A stretch of 64,000 nucleotides of DNA, taken from an uncultured Thiomicrospira sp. GTDB taxonomy: Bacteria > Pseudomonadota > Gammaproteobacteria > CAKMZV01. The stretch covers positions 1,696,001 through 1,760,000 of the forward strand of contig OZ239628.1 of assembly GCA_965195345.1 (NCBI GenBank), given 5' to 3'. Of this stretch, positions 1 through 10,600 are shown piece after piece. The position numbers and the translations under genes are program-made. Below the pieces are notes generated by a model. It was not told where the DNA came from. It did no database searches and saw only the letters and a program-made list of their open reading frames with translations. Position 1 is the first letter of the stretch; each line of letters starts with the position of its first letter.

Positions 1-157
1 GTGATTCATTCCGTTTTTTGGCGGCGGACAAAAACACCCCCATCTGATCGCAGATCTTATCTTGTCCAATATATTCGTCGAGTCCTTTGGGTCTTAGAGA
101 CACCTCAAAATCAAAGTGTTCATCAAGTTCAGAGGAAATAATTCGATTTTCTTCCAC
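1..157 (-). CDS. ruvB: Holliday junction branch migration helicase RuvB, N-terminal part (runs off the window start)
   Basis: Not in the ORF track. Manual translation from GTG at 157 gives MEENRIISSELDEHFDFEVSLRPKGLDEYIGQDKICDQMGVFLSAAKKRNES, with the RuvB LRPxxLxEYIGQ motif, directly after ruvA. Confidence 0.93.
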   Translation of the reverse strand, partial: MEENRIISSELDEHFDFEVSLRPKGLDEYIGQDKICDQMGVFLSAAKKRNES

Positions 158-161
158 GATG

Positions 162-758
162 CTAATATTTCCTTCTCAATAACCAACGCACTTTGTCTGC
201 TGTCCCCATGTCTGGTTCATCGGTGGGCAGGCTTCTTACCATAGCGTCTGCTTCATTTGCTGAGTAGCCCAAAGCGACTAACGCGGCATGCACATCTGCC
301 AATTTTGTTTGTCCATCGGAAGATTGCTCGCCACTTGACAAGGAAACGGACAGTTTCCCTTTAAAACGATCTGCCATTTCCAGTAGTAATCGCTCTGCTG
401 TTTTTTTACCAATTCCTGGAACGGAAGTTAAACGACTGATGTCCTTGCTTTGAATTATTTCCATCAATTCTTGAACGGATAATCCAGATAAAATCCCCAA
501 AGCCACTTTTGCCCCTACACCATTTATTTTGAGCAATTCGGAAAACACCTGCTTTTCCTGTATCTCAGAAAAACCGAATAAAAGCAGAGCATCCTCTCGT
601 ACCAAAGTATATATGTGAAGGGTACACTCCTCTCCTACTTTAGGCAGTTGACTGAAGGTGACATATGAGACTTCAATTACATAGCCAACACCCCTAACAT
701 CAAGGATTAAATTAGGGGGCGATTTTTGAAGCAATACGCCTTTTAGCCAAGCAATCAT
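162..758 (-). CDS. ruvA: Holliday junction DNA-binding protein RuvA
   Basis: GVGY, REDALLLFGF, INGVGAKVAL and VPGIGKKTAERLLLE motifs; ruvC-ruvA-ruvB order. Confidence 0.97.
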   Translation of the reverse strand: MIAWLKGVLLQKSPPNLILDVRGVGYVIEVSYVTFSQLPKVGEECTLHIYTLVREDALLLFGFSEIQEKQVFSELLKINGVGAKVALGILSGLSVQELMEIIQSKDISRLTSVPGIGKKTAERLLLEMADRFKGKLSVSLSSGEQSSDGQTKLADVHAALVALGYSANEADAMVRSLPTDEPDMGTADKVRWLLRRKY

Positions 759-1255
759 GATGGGCGGTTTTTTCTACTTAACGCTCTGGTGCCGATATGA
801 TTTGAAAGACATAACGCGACAGCAAGAGCATCTGCGCTATCTTCTTGTAGGTCACTGCGTATTTTGAGTAATGTTTTTATCATAAATTGCACTTGCCCTT
901 TTGTGGCGTGTCCATTGCCTACCACTGTTTTTTTAACTTCTGTTGCAGAAAACTCTTCAACATCCAAACCCAAAGAAACCCCTGCACAAATCGCAGCTCC
1001 GCGCGCTTGACCAAGCTTAAGGGCAGAGTCTGGATTACGATGCATAAACACTTTCTCAACCCCCATACTATCAGGTTTCAAACGTCGAATAACATCATGC
1101 AATTCAGAAAAAATTTGCGCCAAACGTTTAGGAATTTCTGTATCTTTGGTTTTTATGTAACCTGCTTCAATAAACAATGTATTCCTATTATCGACATCAA
1201 TAACGCCATAACCGGTAATTCTTGAACCTGGGTCAATACCTATAATTCTACGCAA
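755..1255 (-). CDS. ruvC: Crossover junction endodeoxyribonuclease RuvC
   Basis: IIGIDPGSRITGYG, ALKLGQARG and DSADALAVA motifs; TTG start. Confidence 0.97.
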   Translation of the reverse strand: MRRIIGIDPGSRITGYGVIDVDNRNTLFIEAGYIKTKDTEIPKRLAQIFSELHDVIRRLKPDSMGVEKVFMHRNPDSALKLGQARGAAICAGVSLGLDVEEFSATEVKKTVVGNGHATKGQVQFMIKTLLKIRSDLQEDSADALAVALCLSNHIGTRALSRKNRPS

Positions 1256-1265
1256 ATGTTTCGCT

Positions 1266-1985
1266 CTATATTATTTCAAGATTCGAATGAACAGCTTGCA
1301 CATCGTCAAGATCTTCAATCGTATCCACTAGGTTTATGACTTTCTCAGCTTGTTCTTCAGTTAATTCTATTTTTACATCTGCATCCAAAGCTAACTCTGA
1401 CTGAAGACATTCGAATCCAGCCTGAACGATTGCTTCTTTAACATTCAAATAATGTTCCGCATCGGTCGCTACAATAATATTCCCCGCATCGTCCACTTCA
1501 ACGTCTTCAGCACCGTTTTCCAAAGCCACTTCAAATAACTCATCCTCGTCCGCTTCAGAAGAGACTTGAATAAACCCACGATGATTAAACATGTAAGCTA
1601 CCGAACCATCTGTGCCTAAATTGCCACCATGCTTACTAAAAGCATGTCTCACTTCTGAAACCGTCCGTTGTTTATTATCGGTCAGGCAGTCAACTATAAT
1701 AGCGACCCCTGAGGTCGCATAACCTTCGTAACGCATTTCCTCGTAATTTACACCATCAAGATTTCCCGATCCCCTCGCTATTGCTTTATCGATTGAATCA
1801 CGTTTCATATTATTGGACAATGCTTTGTCAACAGCTGCGCGCAGCCTAGGGTTCGCCGCAACATCGCCACCTTGTTTAGCTGAAACGGTTAATTCGCGAA
1901 TTAATTTTGTGAAAATTTTTCCTCGCTTGGCATCTTGATTTGCTTTGCGATGCTTGATGTTTGCCCATTTACTATGACCTGCCAT
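1266..1985 (-). CDS. yebC: YebC/PmpR family DNA-binding regulator
   Basis: MAGHSKWANIKHRK signature; lies upstream of ruvC as usual. Confidence 0.96.
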   Translation of the reverse strand: MAGHSKWANIKHRKANQDAKRGKIFTKLIRELTVSAKQGGDVAANPRLRAAVDKALSNNMKRDSIDKAIARGSGNLDGVNYEEMRYEGYATSGVAIIVDCLTDNKQRTVSEVRHAFSKHGGNLGTDGSVAYMFNHRGFIQVSSEADEDELFEVALENGAEDVEVDDAGNIIVATDAEHYLNVKEAIVQAGFECLQSELALDADVKIELTEEQAEKVINLVDTIEDLDDVQAVHSNLEII

Positions 1986-2045
1986 AAATTCCTCTAACCT
2001 TTCTGCGTTTAATATTCTATGCGCTTAATCTTTTTGCTCCAATTC

Positions 2046-3137
2046 CTATGCGTCGCCTACCATACGAATAGGCATATTATTTTGTCTTGAAAAATCCAAC
2101 ATTCTTTGAATTGGAACTAACGCTCTTTTTCTAATAGACTCTTCAATTTCAATTTCAGGGGTATTATTTTTCAAACAGTCTCGAATATTTTGTAGCCGAT
2201 TAATTGCCATCCATGGGCACTTTCCACAAGACTCACAAGTTGCACCCTTGCCGCCAGAAGGAGCAACTATAAAGCTCTTCTTCGATTGAATCTGCTTCAT
2301 TTTATGGAAAATTCCCTCATCAGTAGCAACGATAAAACGCGTAGCTGGATGCTTATTAACTGCGTTGATGAGTACTTTTGTAGAGCCAACAATCTCAGCA
2401 TGTTCAAGCACTGCAGCAGGAGATTCAGGATGCGCAATAACAACAGCATCTGGATTATCCTTCATCATTGTCAACAATGCATCCGACTTAAACTCATCAT
2501 GTACTACGCAGTGCCCGCGCCAATTTATCATATCAGCACCTGTTTGGGCTTGTATCCAATTGCCCAAATGCCTATCTGGAGCCCAAAGGATTTTCTCCCC
2601 TTGTTCTTTCAAATGTTGAACAATTTGTAAAGCATTACCCGACGTCACAACCCAATCTGCTTCTGCTTTCACTGCTGCACTCGTATTCGCATACACCACG
2701 CTAATACGATCTGGATATTGCGCTTTAAATTCTTTAAAAGCCTCCACCGGACAACCAATATCTAATGAGCAAGTTGCTTCAAGTGTTGGCATCAGAACAG
2801 TTTTATCAGGCGTTAATATTTTAGCCGTCTCTCCCATAAAACGCACGCCACTGACCACTAACTTTTGAGCAGTATGTTCGTTACCAAAGTATGCCATATC
2901 TAATGAATCAGCAACATGCCCACCCGTTTCTTCGGCTAACGACTGAATTTCAGCTGCTACGTAATAATGGGCTACGATTACAGCATCTTTTTCTCGTAAT
3001 AAATGTTCAATTTCGCATTTTAGATCCTCGACACTTTCACTCTCATCAAAGTGCATTTCTCTAGCTATCACCGCTTTTTGATGAATAGTGCGAAGGAGGC
3101 TTTCTGGCGTTCTATTTTCAGACTGCATAGTGCGCAT
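2046..3137 (-). CDS. nadA: Quinolinate synthase A
   Basis: VAHYY, GVRFMGETAKIL, ATCSLD, VVYANTSAAVKA, AHPE and CPWMA motifs. Confidence 0.96.
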   Translation of the reverse strand: MRTMQSENRTPESLLRTIHQKAVIAREMHFDESESVEDLKCEIEHLLREKDAVIVAHYYVAAEIQSLAEETGGHVADSLDMAYFGNEHTAQKLVVSGVRFMGETAKILTPDKTVLMPTLEATCSLDIGCPVEAFKEFKAQYPDRISVVYANTSAAVKAEADWVVTSGNALQIVQHLKEQGEKILWAPDRHLGNWIQAQTGADMINWRGHCVVHDEFKSDALLTMMKDNPDAVVIAHPESPAAVLEHAEIVGSTKVLINAVNKHPATRFIVATDEGIFHKMKQIQSKKSFIVAPSGGKGATCESCGKCPWMAINRLQNIRDCLKNNTPEIEIEESIRKRALVPIQRMLDFSRQNNMPIRMVGDA

Positions 3138-3277
3138 AATCTAATGGTTTTTTATAATTACAGTTTTTGAAGAATTGGCTATTCGAACGTAATTGGAAAT
3201 TCATCGTTGAATTTTACCATTTTTCCCTAAAATTCTTAGAGTAGCACGCACATAATTGACGAATTAATACATTTCAA

Positions 3278-4927
3278 TCATTCTTTGGAAGAATTGATCA
3301 GTTTTCCAACTTTTTCTAAAATGTCAGCTGAAGGAAATTTCTTATGTGCTTCTTCCCATAGAGTGTGCGCCTCTTCCGTTTGACCACTAACGAAAAGCAC
3401 TTCAACTATGTGGCCAATAACTTCTGGGTCATATTTCAAATTCATAGCCTGTCGCAAGTACAAAATTGCTTCTTTATACTCTTTTAGTCGGTATTTCGCC
3501 CATCCTAGAGAATCAAGAATATGGTAAGCCGACGGCTTGAGTTTAAGAGCCCTCTCTATTAAAGGAACAGCCTCTTCGGCTCTATCTAGTTCATCAGCCA
3601 AAATATATCCCAATCCATTAAGTGCTTCGCTATGATTTTCATCAATATTAATGATGGTTCGCATATCTCGCTCAAAGCCTTTTACATCGTCTAATGCAAT
3701 AAGAAAAGAGCCTCTCTGATAAAGCGCTTCAACTCGATTAGGGTATTTTTTTAAAAACTCATTGAGCAAATTTAACCCCGATTTGCTATCACCCACATCA
3801 TAAAACACTTGTGAAGCAAGAATTAAATTTTGCTCAAGTTGCTCTTCAGTTTGGCTCTTTGTACCGCTTAATATATTCAAAGCCTCTTGATATCGCTTTT
3901 GACTACGATAGATGCTAGCTAACTCATAATTCTTCTGAAACCTCAATTGGTCAGAGTCAATTTTCTTCAATACTTTTTCTGCTTCGTCTAATGCACCATT
4001 GCGGATATACATTAACCCGAGAAAGTAATTAGCCCAGTCTCTATATTCATCATCTTTTTCGAGTTCTTCAAAAATACCTCGAGCCTTATTGGGCTGATTA
4101 TTACGCCCATATATTCGAGCTAGTAAAAGCTGATAGTTTGGCTCCGTTATATTCTCCATTGCTTCTATTTTTTCTTTAGCCTCTGAGTACAACCCCATGC
4201 TAAAAGAGAGCTGAGCATTCAAGTATTTAAGTTCTTTATAATTTGGATATGCCTGCAAACCCTTTGTGATGGCTGCTTGAGCTTCACCGAAGAGTTCACG
4301 CCAAACCAGAGCTTTAATCCATGCCTCGTACAACAGAACGTCCAATTCATCGTGCACTGCTGCTTGTAGAAACAACAATACCCCGTTACTATTTTGACTT
4401 GAAAACTCTTCATCCGAGGCCTCTAAGAAGAGTAACAACTCATTACTACTTACATCAGCATCAACCAGTTCGTTATATAGTTTTTCTGATATTGACTGAG
4501 TATTCAAACTCATGCTTACTTTGAAAAGTTGCTTAATCTGTGTGACTGATGGTTTCAAATTACCCGCTTCAATCCCGTTCAAAATACGTATCAAATTTTT
4601 TTCAACCAAATCTTTTCTTCCAGCGAGAGACGCATAATTCAAAGCATAGAAAAAAATATTTTCTGTATCAGGATAGGTTTGGGCTATTTTTTCATACAGT
4701 TGAGCAGCTTCTAAAGTGTTTCCTTCACGCACAGCAATTTGAGCACTAAGTATTTTGAATAACATTTGACCTGCTAAAGGGCGAGGGTCATTTTTTTCAA
4801 TAGCCGGTTGATTTTCAACAGTGGGCTCCCGAGTCGATGTCACGCCACAGCCTGAAAAAACAGAACCGAGAACGACGGTAACAATCGAGACGTAAAACTT
4901 AGATAGTATCTTCATACGATGAAGCAT
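3278..4927 (-). CDS. TPR-repeat lipoprotein
   Basis: Lipobox-like VFSGC after a hydrophobic stretch; C-terminal ALNGLGYILAD...ILDSLGWAKYRL TPR motifs. The start may be the second Met at 4915. Confidence 0.85.
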   Translation of the reverse strand: MLHRMKILSKFYVSIVTVVLGSVFSGCGVTSTREPTVENQPAIEKNDPRPLAGQMLFKILSAQIAVREGNTLEAAQLYEKIAQTYPDTENIFFYALNYASLAGRKDLVEKNLIRILNGIEAGNLKPSVTQIKQLFKVSMSLNTQSISEKLYNELVDADVSSNELLLFLEASDEEFSSQNSNGVLLFLQAAVHDELDVLLYEAWIKALVWRELFGEAQAAITKGLQAYPNYKELKYLNAQLSFSMGLYSEAKEKIEAMENITEPNYQLLLARIYGRNNQPNKARGIFEELEKDDEYRDWANYFLGLMYIRNGALDEAEKVLKKIDSDQLRFQKNYELASIYRSQKRYQEALNILSGTKSQTEEQLEQNLILASQVFYDVGDSKSGLNLLNEFLKKYPNRVEALYQRGSFLIALDDVKGFERDMRTIINIDENHSEALNGLGYILADELDRAEEAVPLIERALKLKPSAYHILDSLGWAKYRLKEYKEAILYLRQAMNLKYDPEVIGHIVEVLFVSGQTEEAHTLWEEAHKKFPSADILEKVGKLINSSKE

Positions 4928-5013
4928 TATGCCATTTTCTAACGTTTTTTTGAATGAATTTAATATCCCGCATATACTTAAATATCATCACTTAAAGTTT
5001 CTCAAACTGCAGG

Positions 5014-5019
5014 TATAAT
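5014..5019 (+). promoter_or_regulatory. Candidate sigma70 -10 box for the ribH-nusB-lpt operon
   Basis: Perfect TATAAT 27 nt before the likely ribH ATG; no clear -35. Confidence 0.45.
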
Positions 5020-5045
5020 CCCTATTGTTTATCAAATCTCATAAT

Positions 5046-5507
5046 ATGCAAAATAAACAACATAATAAAATCTTTCCTTTTCCACCCCGAGCAACGGTCG
5101 GCATCGTATATTCTCGATTCAATCTTGATATTACAGACAAATTGTTAGCAGGTGCTAAGGAAACTTTGACCCAAGCAGGCGCTCGTGAAGAGCAACTCGT
5201 TATTAAAGACGTACCTGGAGCTGTAGAATTACCGCTTGCCGCACAACATTTATTAACAAATTCTTTGGTAGATGGTGTCATTGTTTTAGGTGCCGTTATA
5301 CGCGGAGACACAGATCATTTTGATTACGTTTGCCAAATGTGTGCTCAAGGCATTATCGATGTGCAGTTGAATTTACACAAACCAATTATTTTCGGACTGT
5401 TGACTACCAATACTGAAGAACAAGCTATTGAGCGCGCAAGCAATGAAAATAATAAAGGAATAGATTGTGCAAAAACGTTAATTGAAATGTTGCACTTGGT
5501 GCAATAA
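5046..5507 (+). CDS. ribH: 6,7-dimethyl-8-ribityllumazine synthase
   Basis: IVYSRFN, VPGAVELP and LGAVIRGDTDHFDYV motifs; ATG 5046 preferred to TTG 5025. Confidence 0.96.
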   Translation: MQNKQHNKIFPFPPRATVGIVYSRFNLDITDKLLAGAKETLTQAGAREEQLVIKDVPGAVELPLAAQHLLTNSLVDGVIVLGAVIRGDTDHFDYVCQMCAQGIIDVQLNLHKPIIFGLLTTNTEEQAIERASNENNKGIDCAKTLIEMLHLVQ

Positions 5508-5508
5508 T

Positions 5509-5913
5509 ATGTCTCAATTTACCACACGACAACGCATTATTCAAGCACTTTACCAGTGGCAACTTAACGATGACGACATCAACTTTATTTGTGCACAATT
5601 CACAACCAGTGCCGAACGTACAAAAGGCATTGATGAGCAAAAGTTTGTACAGCAATTCAAAAGTATAGTAGGAAATGTCATACAGATTGATGAAACTTTT
5701 AAACCTTTCTTAAATCGAGATAACTTCCACATAGGAGAAGTAGAAAGATCCATACTTCGGCTTGCTACTTTCGAATTGTTATTTACCAAAGAAACGCCAC
5801 ATAAAGTCATAATTGACCAAGCACTTGAACTCGCCAAAATTTTTAATTGTAAGGAGAGTAAAGGCTTTATCAATGCTGTGCTTGATCAAATAAAAATAGA
5901 CAGGACACAATGA
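5509..5913 (+). CDS. nusB: Transcription antitermination factor NusB
   Basis: IQALYQW, ERSILRLATFEL and FINAVLD motifs; follows ribH. Confidence 0.93.
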   Translation: MSQFTTRQRIIQALYQWQLNDDDINFICAQFTTSAERTKGIDEQKFVQQFKSIVGNVIQIDETFKPFLNRDNFHIGEVERSILRLATFELLFTKETPHKVIIDQALELAKIFNCKESKGFINAVLDQIKIDRTQ

Positions 5914-6437
5914 AACCTCTATATTTTTTGGCTATACTTCCATTGGTCCTCACTATCGTTTGGCAGTGGCAAAACGATGATATCGAACAGAAGAGAGAAC
6001 CAAAAAGCCAAGGAAACTTCAACATTGATGGGATGACTTCATGGCGTTTCTCCAGTCAATCAAAAACGATAATCCGCAGCATTCACGCTGAATATAATGC
6101 GCACACAAGCCAGTTGCATCTAAAATATCCTGTAATGCAGAATTACCGCAAAGGGCAATCTTCAATTGAAGCACGCTCAAATCGTGGCATATACCATGAG
6201 GCAAATAGTAATCTTGCATTAAATGACAATATACATATCTTCATAAAAACATCCAGCACTCAAATCTATACCGATCAACTGTCAATTAATTTTTCGAATG
6301 ATATTGCGACCTCTTCTGAATCCGTCAAAATAATCGGAAAAAACTTTCAATTGGAGGGCACTGGCGTTGAATTCAAACTGGAAAATTATGATTTAAATTT
6401 ACTAGCTAATGTGCGAACACGCATTGATTCTGAATAA
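5910..6437 (+). CDS. lptC: LPS export ABC transporter periplasmic protein LptC
   Basis: N-terminal TM anchor and beta-jellyroll-like pattern; directly upstream of lptA-lptB. Confidence 0.8.
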   Translation: MKPLYFLAILPLVLTIVWQWQNDDIEQKREPKSQGNFNIDGMTSWRFSSQSKTIIRSIHAEYNAHTSQLHLKYPVMQNYRKGQSSIEARSNRGIYHEANSNLALNDNIHIFIKTSSTQIYTDQLSINFSNDIATSSESVKIIGKNFQLEGTGVEFKLENYDLNLLANVRTRIDSE

Positions 6438-6441
6438 TCGC

Positions 6442-6921
6442 ATGAAAAAAAAATCAATTCACATACTCTATTTTTTATTGCTTGTATGGGCATGTCCTCT
6501 TCTTGCTGATACGAGCAAAACCATATACATCGAAGCAGACAATTTGAAAGCTTTTAATGAAGGGGCACTTTCTATCTATTCTGGTAATGTTGTAATAACA
6601 AGAGGATTTACAAAAATTCAAGCTGAAAAAGTTGAATTACAACGTATCAAAGATGCTGTAACCAAATTGACCGCTTGGGGGGAACCTGTATTATTTAATA
6701 ATAACGATCCGCTTGAACTAATCAATGCCAGCTCTACTGTTATGATCTGGGAAAACGATAGTGGATGGCTCACTCTGACAGGAAATGCCAGTTTAACGCA
6801 ACAAGGAAATCAAATAAAAGGGGAAAAAATTCTCTATAACATAAAGAGTAAACAACTTAACGCTGAAGGAGGAAAAAAACGTGTTAAATTGCGTATTATT
6901 CCTGATGTGACCGAAGAGTAG
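6442..6921 (+). CDS. lptA: LPS transport periplasmic protein LptA
   Basis: Signal peptide; IYIEAD, YSGNVVITRG and LTGNASLTQQGNQIKGEKILY motifs. Confidence 0.9.
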   Translation: MKKKSIHILYFLLLVWACPLLADTSKTIYIEADNLKAFNEGALSIYSGNVVITRGFTKIQAEKVELQRIKDAVTKLTAWGEPVLFNNNDPLELINASSTVMIWENDSGWLTLTGNASLTQQGNQIKGEKILYNIKSKQLNAEGGKKRVKLRIIPDVTEE

Positions 6922-6931
6922 TTGAAACCAA

Positions 6932-7660
6932 ATGGAAAAAAATACTCTGAAAATATCGGCACTTTCCAAAGCTTGGCGCAAGCGAAAAGTTGTTGATGAA
7001 GTGTCGTTGGAAGCGCAAAGTGGGGAAATAACTTGCTTGCTTGGCCCTAACGGTGCTGGCAAAACAACCACTTTCTACATGATCTGCGGGCTCATTCAAC
7101 CTGATTCAGGGCAAATTTATTTCAATGACCATAACATATCAAACCTACCAATGCACAAACGAGCACAGATGGGTATTGGTTATTTGCCTCAAGAGGCATC
7201 TGTTTTTCGCGGATTAAGCGTACTAAATAATATAAAGGCTGTCCTCGAGTTAAAGTCGCACAATAACAAGGAGTGTACTTTTAAAGCAGAGCAATTTATC
7301 GAAGAGTTTTCCTTACAGCACGTTCGCAACACTTTGGGTTCAGAGCTTTCTGGTGGAGAGCGCAGACGCTGTGAAATTGCACGTGCACTAGCGGTTGACC
7401 CATTATTTATTTTATTGGATGAACCTTTTGCAGGTGTGGATCCAATTTCAATTGGAGATACTAAAGGACTGATCAAGAAAGTAGCTCAACGTAATATAGG
7501 CGTCATCATTACTGACCATAATGTGAGGGAAACCCTTGCCTTAAGTGATGTGGCTTTTATTATGGCAAATGGAAAGCTTATTGCATCAGGCACTCCTGAT
7601 GAAATAGTCAATCATCAACAAGTGCGCAAGGCATACCTTGGCGACGATTTTAATTTTTGA
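6932..7660 (+). CDS. lptB: LPS export ABC transporter ATPase LptB
   Basis: LLGPNGAGKTTTFY, GYLPQEASVFR, LSGGERRRCEIARAL, LLDEPFAGVDP and ITDHNVRETL motifs. Confidence 0.97.
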   Translation: MEKNTLKISALSKAWRKRKVVDEVSLEAQSGEITCLLGPNGAGKTTTFYMICGLIQPDSGQIYFNDHNISNLPMHKRAQMGIGYLPQEASVFRGLSVLNNIKAVLELKSHNNKECTFKAEQFIEEFSLQHVRNTLGSELSGGERRRCEIARALAVDPLFILLDEPFAGVDPISIGDTKGLIKKVAQRNIGVIITDHNVRETLALSDVAFIMANGKLIASGTPDEIVNHQQVRKAYLGDDFNF

Positions 7661-7678
7661 TCAACTCTTTCTCTACTT

Positions 7679-10600
7679 ATGTTTTTTGAACGATTTCTTA
7701 AAAACCACGTATTAGCAAATTTATTTTTTATCTTAGTATTGACAATCGGTTTTTTAAGCTATGCTTCTCTGCCTCGTCAGCAAGACCCTAGCATAAACTT
7801 TAATTGGATAAACATCTCTACCGTATTGCCAGGCGCTTCTGCTGAAATTATTGAACAAAAAGTTACTCAAATTCTTGAAGAAGGACTTGAAACAGTCAAA
7901 GATATTAAATTTGTATCCAGTATTAGCCGCCAGAATATTTCTTCAATACTGATCCGATTTAACGACATCGATGCTTCAACATTTGAAAAACGCATTCAAG
8001 ATATTCGAAGAACTCTTCAAAACAAACGTTCGGAATTACCTTCAGACGCAACCGAACCAGATGTATTCGAAGTAACAAGCTCAAATGCCTTTCCTTCTGC
8101 AACGGTTATTGTTACTGCCGACAACAATGATGAATCGTTACGATTGGCGGCAAAACAGCTGCGGCGTGAAATAAGTCGACTAAAAAGAGTTGATAGAGTT
8201 AATCCGACAGGACTTTCTGACCCTCAAATCAACATTGAATTCGATCCCGATCAGTTGCAAAAATACGAGTTAAATGTCACGGAAATCGCCACTTCCTTAC
8301 AACAGGCAATGCAAGATGTTTCTGCAGGAGATATCAACTTGCAAAAAAGTTCTTGGTTAGTCACGTTAAAAGGACCAACTACTAATTTAGAAGAAATCGC
8401 TAACATTCCAATACAAACGACTCAAGGAGAAATTCCTTTATCACTAATTGCATCAGCCTCACGTGGGCGTAGCGATCCAGGATCCATTGTATCTTTCAAA
8501 GGAAAACCTGGAATCATGCTTGCAGTAACGAAAAAAGATAACTCTAACACCTTACTCTTGGTTGACGAAGTGAAAGAATTGCTGCGTAAAAGGAATGCAT
8601 TAAGCAATAATGAAATCCACTACCATCTTGCAGACGATCAGACTCAACTCACTTTAGATGCCATATCTGTAATGGAGAATAACTTCCTTATTGGACTCGT
8701 TATGGTGTTGATTGTAACGGGATTGTTTTTGGGTGGCAAAGTCGCTTTAATGACCACATTAGGCATTCCATTTACTGTAGCTGGAACGTTCTGGGCACTG
8801 AGTGTCTTGGGGTTTACGTTGAACACCTCCGTGCTACTAGCCATTGTCATCGCCTTAGGGATGCTCGTAGATGATGCGGTGGTTGTAGTCGAATCCATCT
8901 ATTCACGCTTACGTAAAAACCAATCACCTATTAAGGCGACTATTGACGGCATTTCTGAAGTGATTGCTCCTGTCACCACCTCCGTTTTAACAACTATTGC
9001 TGCTTTTTTACCGCTCATGCTATTACCTGGCATACTTGGTAAGTTCTTATTAGTCGTTCCATTGGTTGTTACCCTTGCTCTCTTAATCTCATTGATTGAA
9101 GCTTATTGGTTATTGCCTGCCCACGTCACCATGATGAAGCTTAATTTAAATAAGCCAAACCGTATTGGACGCATGCGCAATGCGTTTTTAAAAAAAATAC
9201 AAACCTCCTATAGTAAAGCACTAATTAAATTCATGCGTTTTCCTAAAACAGTTTTGCTTTTTGTAACACTTTTGTTATTTGGATCGGGCGCTTCATTAGC
9301 GATGGGATACATCAAATTGGACTTTTTTGCCAGCGATACATTAAGAATTTACTATATTAATGTCAAGATGCCGAGTGACTCTTCATTAGAAAACACCATG
9401 AAAGTAGTCAATGAAGTGAAAGGTCGCGCTGAAAAACACTTGCTTCCTGAAGAGACGCGTTCAGTAGTTGGCTACGCTGGACAACTTTTTACGGAAACAG
9501 AACCGCTTTTTGGCAAACAGTATGGTCAATTGCTTGTTAGTCTTGTTCCGAAGGGCAAGGGATTGCGATCTGTTGAGGAGGTCATTGCTTCTATGCGCAA
9601 GGATGTAACTAGCGTTCAAGGAGCTCAAGAAATCAGCATTCTTAAATTAGCGGGAGGTCCGCCTGCTGGAAAGGATATTAGTTTAAAAATACTGGGAGAC
9701 GACTATAGTCAAATACGAGAAGCAACCGATGCGTTAAAGGATTTCATATTAAAAAATAAAGAGTATGTGAACGTCAACGACGATGACACACCTGGAACTT
9801 GGGGGTTGAATTTAAAAATTGATTACGAAAAAGCTCGACTATTTAACATCTCTCCACAACTAATTATTTTCACTTTAAATGCATTAGTGGACGGCATTAT
9901 CGTTACCAATACATTTATAAATAACGAGTTTATTGATGTTCGTCTTCAAGCGCGACAAGATCGTAAAGGAGATGACATTAAATTCCTATTGGAACAAACG
10001 TTGACTTCCCCCACTGGGGATCAAATTATTCTAGGCGAACTGCTAAAGATAGAAACTCAAAAGGTTAAAGGTAATATCCGTCACTACAACTTTCAACGTG
10101 CGATAACCATTGAAGCAGATATCGATAAAAGTTTAACTGACACACTCAAAGCCAATGAAAAAATACGTACTCATTGGGAAAGCATAGCAAAAAAATACCC
10201 CGAATTAAGTATTGATAATAGCGGTGCCTTGGATGACATTCAAGAAAGTTTAAACTCTATACTGACGCTGTTTATATTTGGAATTGGTCTTATGTATATG
10301 ATCCTTGGCACGCAGTTTCGCAGTTACTTTCAGCCTTTCTTGGTGCTCTTTGCTGTGCCACTTGCATTTATTGGCGTAATCGTTGGATTGCTATTGACTA
10401 AAAATCCACTCAGCTTATTCACCCTATACGGCATAGTCGCTTTATCTGGAATAGCCGTTAACGCTGCAATTGTTCTGGTAGCAACAGCCAATCGCTACCG
10501 TTCTAATGGCATGTCTCCAACCTTGGCAATTTTTTATGCTTCAAGACGACGAATCATTCCCATAATTATCACCACATTGACAACCATAGCAGGGCTAATA

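Noticed and set aside
3129-3156. dif-like site (AGTGCGCATAA resembles the XerC arm)
   Set aside because: No XerD arm (TTATGTTAAAT) at the required spacing, and it overlaps the nadA start.
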